Source: an uncultured Acetobacteraceae bacterium
GTDB taxonomy: Bacteria > Pseudomonadota > Alphaproteobacteria > Acetobacterales > Acetobacteraceae
NCBI GenBank assembly: GCA_964252625.1
Contig: CAXUOA010000006.1
Location: 1-32,060, forward strand
Length of the DNA stretch: 32,060 nt
Direction: 5' to 3'
The notes under the pieces are model-generated. The model worked only from the letters and a program-made list of their open reading frames with translations. It was not told where the DNA came from and did no database searches. Position numbers and translations under genes: made by a program. Positions 26,216-32,060 of the stretch are shown here, piece by piece (positions within the stretch are counted from its first letter, which is position 1; each line of letters opens with the position of its first letter).

Positions 26216-28486
26216 ATGCCGACAATACCGCAGTTACCGAGCGCCACTGCAACAGGTGCGCAAGACGAGCTTCCCGTCAGTCAAGGCGGAATCACGCGTG
26301 CCGTGACAGTGGCCGAATTGCTGAGTGGCACACAGCAGGCGATTGAAGTTCCAAGCCCGAGTATTCTTGGGCGCGCGTCTCTGGGCCCTGGTGGGCCGGA
26401 GGCATTGGCGCCTGGCCTGGGGTTGGCTGTGCAGAACGCATCATTGCTGGCCAACGGCGCTGATCATGCGGCGTTCGTGCAGGAGAGTGCGTTTGCGGCC
26501 GGTGACGAGGCGATCATCAATTCCAGCGGCACGCCGAAGCGTTTGCCGCTTCCCGGTCTGCGCGCGCTGTTCAGCGGTGGGACGAACGTGTCTATCGACA
26601 CGAACGGCGTGATCGCCGCGTCCACTGACCCCAGCGTGTCCGGAAGCTTGACCGCGCTCTCGCAGACTGTTTCCGGCGCCGAGGCGAGCATAGCGGTACT
26701 TGGCTCCAAGATACCGACGGGCGGCTTCGCGACCGTCAACAGCACTGGCCAGGTGACATCGCCCGTGGCGGGCGACGTAAGCCTGGGGACTGTTCTGACA
26801 GCTCCCGGCGGGTCCTCACGCACGCTCGCGCAGCGTGCAGCCGACCGCATAAACGTACTGGACTTCGGGGCGCAGCTTGGTGGGCCAGACTGCACGGCCG
26901 CGTTCAACGCGGCTATCGCGGTCATGCCGGCTAGCGGGGGCGAGCTTTACCTGCCGCCAGGCGATTACTGGCTGCAGAGCTCCATCGTGATTAGCGGCAA
27001 AGTCATCTCCATACAGGGTGCTGCACGCGGCGTGACGCGCATTCATCTTGCGCATACCGGCATCGGCTTCGACATCGCACCCGGCAACGTACTCAGTAGA
27101 GTCATGTTGGGCGGCTTCTCCCTCTATGCCGAGAGCCAGAACGGACAGACGGCGGCCGGGATCCGAATCACTTATCCGTCCACATCTTCGTTCGGCTATG
27201 TCTCGGCAAGCATCCATGAGATAGAGTTCTTCAGCTACCCAAATAGTGCCAACGGCACCGCGCCTTTCCCGCAAACCTTCCTCCGTGGCATGGTGCTGAA
27301 TGGTTGCTGGAGCACGCAGATCGCTAATGTCTCGTGGTTCGGACCGCCGGCAGCTCCCGGCACCACTTCGTCAGCATTGGTGGAGTTGAACGGCTCCGTC
27401 GATACCAGACTCCATGGCGTGCAAGCCTACTATGGGAACGCCGTCGTATTGCAGACCGGATATTGCGAGGGCATATATCTCAGCTCTCCACTGGTAGTGG
27501 GCGCCGACTACCTGATGCTGCAGACCGACGAGACGAAGTGGCCAGGCTATGCCGTGGGCAGATCGATGCTTCTTGGGCTGTGGGTGGCGCAGGGTGAGGT
27601 AAATACCAGCCTTGGTGTGGTCCAGCTGTCTAACGTGACAGACGGCTTCTTCTCCGGTCTCGACATCACACGTGACACAGGGCCTAACACCTCGCAGGTG
27701 TTTTTTAACCTGACCAACGTCTCGAACTTTCACGTCAGCGGATGCAATTTCGTTGGTGGCCCGAACGGCGGTACGCCGGCCGACGTGGCCTTCTCGTTTA
27801 CGAGTACTGTGAACTCATCAAGCAACATCATAGATGGCTGCCACTTCGAGGATATGGCGACAGTCATCCAGATCAACGGTGCAAACGGCACGGTTGGCCT
27901 GACGACATACGGTCTCCATCTCGGGAACGTGCCGCTAGCGACCGCTATAGTGGACGCGACGCCAGCCACTTCTGGCGATTACCTTTCCTTCATTACGCCG
28001 TCACAGTCCAACACACCGGCAGGGTGGGGCAATTCTAAGGACCATGTGTTCTCGAACCAAGGTGGCACGACCCTTTTCCGGATCACGAACGTCGCCAATG
28101 CCGCCAACTACTTGCGGCCGCAGGCCGCGACCTCAGCCAACCCGCCCACGTTGTGCTTTGACGGCTCCGACGGAACGATCAACGGTGTGATCCAGACGAA
28201 GGGTGGCAACCTGTTCATCAACGCAGCCGGGGGCACGTCCAACAGCGGTAATATGGCCAGCTTGATGAACACGCCGGGAGCGACAAACTGGCTGGTTTTC
28301 CAGAATGCCACGTCCGGTAACCTCAGTCTGATAGAGACGAATGTTGGCGGTTTGGGAATTCAGCCCAAAGGCGCGTTGTGGCTCTCGCCAAGCAGTGGTT
28401 TGTTTGTTCCCGGCTTGCCGACAGTCAGGCCAGCAGCGGGGTCCAGCCAGGTTTGGAACAATAACGGAGTTCTGAGTATCGCGTAG
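26216..28486 (+). CDS. tailspike / polysaccharide depolymerase (pectate-lyase-3-like beta-helix)
   Basis: INVLDFGA...DCTAAFNAAI...GGELYLPPGDY marks the beta-helix entry. N-terminal anchor TIPQLP.A....DELPVSQGG.T; 756 aa. Confidence 0.82.
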   Translation: MPTIPQLPSATATGAQDELPVSQGGITRAVTVAELLSGTQQAIEVPSPSILGRASLGPGGPEALAPGLGLAVQNASLLANGADHAAFVQESAFAAGDEAIINSSGTPKRLPLPGLRALFSGGTNVSIDTNGVIAASTDPSVSGSLTALSQTVSGAEASIAVLGSKIPTGGFATVNSTGQVTSPVAGDVSLGTVLTAPGGSSRTLAQRAADRINVLDFGAQLGGPDCTAAFNAAIAVMPASGGELYLPPGDYWLQSSIVISGKVISIQGAARGVTRIHLAHTGIGFDIAPGNVLSRVMLGGFSLYAESQNGQTAAGIRITYPSTSSFGYVSASIHEIEFFSYPNSANGTAPFPQTFLRGMVLNGCWSTQIANVSWFGPPAAPGTTSSALVELNGSVDTRLHGVQAYYGNAVVLQTGYCEGIYLSSPLVVGADYLMLQTDETKWPGYAVGRSMLLGLWVAQGEVNTSLGVVQLSNVTDGFFSGLDITRDTGPNTSQVFFNLTNVSNFHVSGCNFVGGPNGGTPADVAFSFTSTVNSSSNIIDGCHFEDMATVIQINGANGTVGLTTYGLHLGNVPLATAIVDATPATSGDYLSFITPSQSNTPAGWGNSKDHVFSNQGGTTLFRITNVANAANYLRPQAATSANPPTLCFDGSDGTINGVIQTKGGNLFINAAGGTSNSGNMASLMNTPGATNWLVFQNATSGNLSLIETNVGGLGIQPKGALWLSPSSGLFVPGLPTVRPAAGSSQVWNNNGVLSIA

Positions 28487-28489
28487 GAG

Positions 28490-28921
28490 GTGCAAATGCC
28501 ACAGAGCGACATGCACCTTCTCTTTCAACAAATGGGAGAGGTGCTGACCGGCATACGCGGTCTGCATGACACGATCAATATCCGTCAGGCCCAAGCGGAG
28601 CAGCTGCACGACATTGTAAGGGCCGACCTGGCCACGCTGCGACGTGATCAGCGTGAGCTGGAAGAGAAGTTCGAGTGCATCGTCTCCATCGTGCAGCATG
28701 AAATGGAGACGCTTCGGTCAGGGACTGCAGAGCATGCGCGCTCGATCGGGGAGATGGTTCACGCCATCGATGCGTTACGCCGGCCGATCTCGGAAATACT
28801 GAGCCTGAAATCGCGTGTTGCAGGTTTGGTTTTCGGGGCTGGGCTGATCGGCAGCGCAGCACTTTGGCTGGCTGAGCCGATCTACGGCTGGCTCGTGAGC
28901 GAGAGCTTCCTGAAGCGCTAA
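28490..28921 (+). CDS. coiled-coil protein with C-terminal TM (holin-associated type)
   Basis: Heptad-rich body followed by hydrophobic VAGLVFGAGLIGSAALWLA. Confidence 0.55.
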   Translation: MQMPQSDMHLLFQQMGEVLTGIRGLHDTINIRQAQAEQLHDIVRADLATLRRDQRELEEKFECIVSIVQHEMETLRSGTAEHARSIGEMVHAIDALRRPISEILSLKSRVAGLVFGAGLIGSAALWLAEPIYGWLVSESFLKR

Positions 28922-28969
28922 GACCGGCACCGTCTGGCACCACCATAATCAAACAGATCGGGGATCTCA

Positions 28970-29602
28970 ATGCGAACACATGTCGTGGGCGCGTTAGCGC
29001 TCGGCTTGCTGGCGACGCCGGCAGCGGCTGGAAGCTCTTACATCATGCCCGATGGCACCAACCGGGCACCCGCGGTCACCTTGCATTGCGTGACAGCTGC
29101 CGGGACCGCGGTGGCTTGCGGGACGGCGGCGAACCCGCTCGTGGTGAGCGCACCGGCAGGTGCCTCCTCATCCGCTAACCAGGTAATGCAGCTCGGTGCC
29201 GAGCAGGCCTCTGCCCAGGGTATAGGGACTGTGAGCGACTCGGCGTTTACCGGTGGCCAAGGCTCTATGGTTTCCTTGCTCAAGGCACTTTGGTCTGTGA
29301 CCTCGGCGGGCATTCCTGCGCTGCCCACCGGAGGCACACTTACGTCTCGTACATTGAGCCTACCGGCGGGTGTCAGCACGCAAGTCTTCGCCAGCAATGG
29401 TGCCCGTCGCTATGTGTCATTTCAGGTGCCGCTGTCGGGCGGCGTGTGGATCAATGTCATGGGTGGCATAGCAGGGCCGAATGGCATGGATTGCGCGTAT
29501 TTTGCTGCTGGTAGCTTTTATGAAAGCGGCTCCTTCATCAATCGAGGTGCCATCACGGTCTACTCGTCTTCCGCCGTCATGTTCTCGGCATGGGAGAGCT
29601 GA
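28970..29602 (+). CDS. secreted hypothetical protein
   Basis: Sec-type signal MRTHVVGALALGLLATPAAA; C-terminal beta-sandwich (ASNGARRYVSFQ). Confidence 0.7.
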   Translation: MRTHVVGALALGLLATPAAAGSSYIMPDGTNRAPAVTLHCVTAAGTAVACGTAANPLVVSAPAGASSSANQVMQLGAEQASAQGIGTVSDSAFTGGQGSMVSLLKALWSVTSAGIPALPTGGTLTSRTLSLPAGVSTQVFASNGARRYVSFQVPLSGGVWINVMGGIAGPNGMDCAYFAAGSFYESGSFINRGAITVYSSSAVMFSAWES

Positions 29603-29604
29603 CC

Positions 29605-31392
29605 ATGCGCGGACGTCTTCTACAAATAATCCTCGGCAGCGCATTGCTACTGCCGCCTACGGGCGCCCAGGCTGGACTTGTTACACCGCCCAAGTCGCTG
29701 CGCGCCCTTGCGGGACGGCAAGTTTGGGTACCGGTCTGCTCGCGCCGCGGCGTAAACGGATCGAGCGCCTGGTTCGACAACACGAATACGGCTGTCATGG
29801 ACCAGGTGGCGTGCGTGTCACCGTCCTATGGCACAGTAACAGCATTAAAACTCGTGTACGCCGCGTTCGACATGCCGCAGCAGGGTGAGGCCGACCGCCC
29901 CGTGACAGCCACTGGCACCGCGGCAATCTACATACCGTCAGCCAACGCCAACACCGTATTGGCAAACGGATCCGTCGCCTCGGGTTCGACAACACTCAAT
30001 TTCGCATCCACGACGCTGGGTGCGAATGGCATCAGTGTCGGCCAACTCATAAGCAGCAGCGGCGGCGGCATTGCTGCAAACACCTATGTTGCCTCCGTGG
30101 TAAACAGCTTCGTCGCCGGATCTGGGAACCAACCGTCGGGGACGGTCGTCACGATGAGTAATGCGACGACGGCGACCACGGCTGCAGGACAGCCTATGAG
30201 CTTCAGTGGCTCGTTGATCCCGGCAAAGTTTGGTGGAAAGCGGCAGTTCACGATCGAGCCCGCACATGATGTCGTCACGTCCGACCCAGTCGCCGTGGAG
30301 CTGCTTGCCGGCACGACGTTTTTTATCCGAAGCTTCGCCACAGTAACGGCATCGGGGTTGCAATTGATGGATTACCCGGGGTCAGGTTCTCGCCTGACCG
30401 GGGAGTTCGACAACAGGAGTACGACGCCACTCGACCAGACAATGGTGCCGCTTGCACTTTCGAACACCGGCGGAGGCTACTGGTGCCCGGTCGCGGTGCT
30501 CGGGCTAGTTACCGTGCCGTTCGGCCAGCCGAGCCCCGGCGCGGTTTTGATCCTCGGCGACAGCATTGCGGCTGGTACGGGTGACAACGCGGACGGGCTG
30601 GGTCTGCAAGGCTACATTCAGCGCAGTCTGGAGAATAACATTGGGTTCGTTACTGCGGCGCGTGGGTCGACGACGGCGTTCTCTGTCGTGGCGCACGGTG
30701 ATGGGCAGTACGCGTTATCCGTTGATACCGGCATTACCGACGTGCTTCTGGAGGACGGCCGCAACGACATCTTGAGCTTTCAGGTAAGCGACACCCAGCT
30801 GGAGACCTACATTACCCAGATCGCCACGCGCTATGTGCAGACGGGCAAACGCGTTTGGTGCTTCACCGTTCCGCCGACAACGCAGAGTAATGACGGCTGG
30901 GTGACTCTGGCTAACCAGAGCTGGACAGTGGCGGTTGCGAACACGGGAAGCACGGCAACGAGCGCTGGCAGCGTGTCCGTGCCGATGGTAAGCCTGGCTA
31001 ATCTCGCGGTCGGTCAGGCCGTCTCAGGCACAGCCATTGCAGCTGGGAGTGTGATCAGCGCGCTCGGTTCGGGTGCCATCACGCTTTCAGTGCCGCTCAC
31101 GGCAGCCTTGCCGGCCGGAACGAAACTCAGTTTCGGCTCCGGCAGCGCATCAGCCTCGGCTGCCGAGATGTATCGGCAATCGTACAATAGCTATTTGCGC
31201 CAACATGCCGCCGTCCTGGGATGCAGCGGCGTGGTTGATCCAGACAAGGTGTTTTCGGACCAGGGTGGGTCCGGAAAATGGCGCGTGGACCTGGGGACGG
31301 CCAGCGCAGATGGCGTGCACCCAGCGGCTGTACTTCATCAGGCTGCGGTGAATGCCGGACTGATTACGCCGGCAATGTTCCAGGCGCCCTAA
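29605..31392 (+). CDS. SGNH/GDSL hydrolase with signal peptide
   Basis: Block I LILGDSIAAG, block II ARGS, block III EDGRND, block V DGVHP. Signal MRGRLLQIILGSALLLPPTGAQA. Confidence 0.85.
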   Translation: MRGRLLQIILGSALLLPPTGAQAGLVTPPKSLRALAGRQVWVPVCSRRGVNGSSAWFDNTNTAVMDQVACVSPSYGTVTALKLVYAAFDMPQQGEADRPVTATGTAAIYIPSANANTVLANGSVASGSTTLNFASTTLGANGISVGQLISSSGGGIAANTYVASVVNSFVAGSGNQPSGTVVTMSNATTATTAAGQPMSFSGSLIPAKFGGKRQFTIEPAHDVVTSDPVAVELLAGTTFFIRSFATVTASGLQLMDYPGSGSRLTGEFDNRSTTPLDQTMVPLALSNTGGGYWCPVAVLGLVTVPFGQPSPGAVLILGDSIAAGTGDNADGLGLQGYIQRSLENNIGFVTAARGSTTAFSVVAHGDGQYALSVDTGITDVLLEDGRNDILSFQVSDTQLETYITQIATRYVQTGKRVWCFTVPPTTQSNDGWVTLANQSWTVAVANTGSTATSAGSVSVPMVSLANLAVGQAVSGTAIAAGSVISALGSGAITLSVPLTAALPAGTKLSFGSGSASASAAEMYRQSYNSYLRQHAAVLGCSGVVDPDKVFSDQGGSGKWRVDLGTASADGVHPAAVLHQAAVNAGLITPAMFQAP

Positions 31393-31432
31393 CGCGTCTG
31401 TTTCAGCGACACTAACGACAGTAGAGGGGAAG

Positions 31433-31672
31433 ATGGAAGACCTGCGCGCATGGCTGCGGCAGCCGACGACGGTTGCCGGGATTTCCGCGCTGATCGCCAC
31501 GATCAGCGCGCTGTTGATGGACCAGATCGCATGGGCACAGGCGGTGCCGATTCTCGTGGGCAGTGCTGTCTCGATGCTGCTGCCGGACAATACGGGCGCA
31601 CACGAACAGGCTCAGCAGCTTGCAAGCGAGATCATAACAGAATTCACCAGCAAAAAGGGACCAGCACAATGA
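31433..31672 (+). CDS. putative holin (two TM helices)
   Basis: 79 aa; WLRQPTTVAG then two hydrophobic segments and a charged C-terminus. RBS GAGGGG. Confidence 0.6.
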   Translation: MEDLRAWLRQPTTVAGISALIATISALLMDQIAWAQAVPILVGSAVSMLLPDNTGAHEQAQQLASEIITEFTSKKGPAQ

Positions 31673-31986
31673 TAATCCGTATGAGCCAGGTGTGCGTGGC
31701 AGGGGTGCTTGCCTTCGGAACTCTCTCGGCGTGCACGACAGCCAGACCGGAAATCACCACGGACCTCAACGCCGGTTTGGAGGTGGCGGCTGCATTGCAA
31801 AGCGCCTATGCGGCGCGGCCGAGCGCCGATCCCAAGATCGTGGCAGACTTGACCCGCCTTACGGCAGGCGCCCAGGCCGCAGTCGCTTCCTGGGAAGCTT
31901 CGAGCAGTTCGTCCAACGAGGCTCTGGCCAACGCGGCCATCTCGGGGCTCGTGGCGTATGAGGCCTCAGCTCATATCACCCCGTAA
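31669..31986 (+). CDS. lipoprotein, possibly spanin-like
   Basis: ATGA overlap with the holin-like gene. MIIRMSQVCVAGVLAFGTLSA-C lipobox; Ala-rich helical body. Confidence 0.65.
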   Translation: MIIRMSQVCVAGVLAFGTLSACTTARPEITTDLNAGLEVAAALQSAYAARPSADPKIVADLTRLTAGAQAAVASWEASSSSSNEALANAAISGLVAYEASAHITP

Positions 31987-32012
31987 TACTAATGGCTTTT
32001 GAGATTGATCTG

Positions 32013-32060
32013 TGAAGAAAGGCCAAGGGCTCTGCCCCTGGACCCCGCTAAGGACAGTCG
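32013..32060 (+). repeat. family B interspersed repeat (runs off the window)
   Basis: GAAGAAAGGCCAAGGGCTCTGCCCCTGGACCCCGCTAAGGACAGTCG shares motifs with 3816-3890 and with the reverse complement of 4065-4121. Confidence 0.65.

Larger units (their letters stand above)
6705..31986 (+). mobile_element. phage-derived myovirus-type head+tail cluster lacking integration and replication genes (domesticated prophage / GTA candidate)
   Basis: Complete, tightly coupled morphogenesis gene set with three regulators, bounded by gmk on the left and a host repeat on the right. Confidence 0.85.

Noticed and set aside
8847-31986. Tailocin, eCIS or T6SS interpretation
   Set aside because: Terminase, portal, scaffold and capsid are present and intact; no eCIS AAA ATPase or T6SS membrane complex is seen.
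1-32060. CRISPR array, tRNA/rRNA, diversity-generating retroelement or fibre invertase
   Set aside because: No regularly spaced repeats, cloverleaf, reverse transcriptase or recombinase seen.

Overview
GC-rich alphaproteobacterial chromosome, probably Acetobacteraceae (inferred from the interspersed repeat styles and gene order, not from a search). The left ~6.7 kb is core genome: fabG-acpP-fabF-mltG, an RTX/S-layer-like gene on the minus strand, then gmk. A compact regulatory trio starts 13 bp after the gmk stop: an XRE repressor divergent from a GcrA-like HTH gene and a DUF6362-like gene. It is followed by a ~23 kb uninterrupted plus-strand module (8847-31986) for a contractile-tailed particle with a head. 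The module encodes small and large terminase, portal, scaffold, capsid, neck, sheath, tube, a chaperone with a -1 frameshift, a short Pro/Ala-rich tape-measure equivalent, a P2/Mu-type baseplate, fibre, tailspike, an SGNH esterase and holin-like and lipoprotein genes. I see no integrase, excisionase, att/tRNA, replication, recombination or endolysin gene in the window, and decayed host repeats sit inside the cluster. Best hypothesis: a domesticated, gmk-anchored myovirus-like element, i.e. a candidate gene transfer agent (GTA) distinct from the RcGTA type. Product calls rest on motifs and synteny read by eye; no database searches were run.
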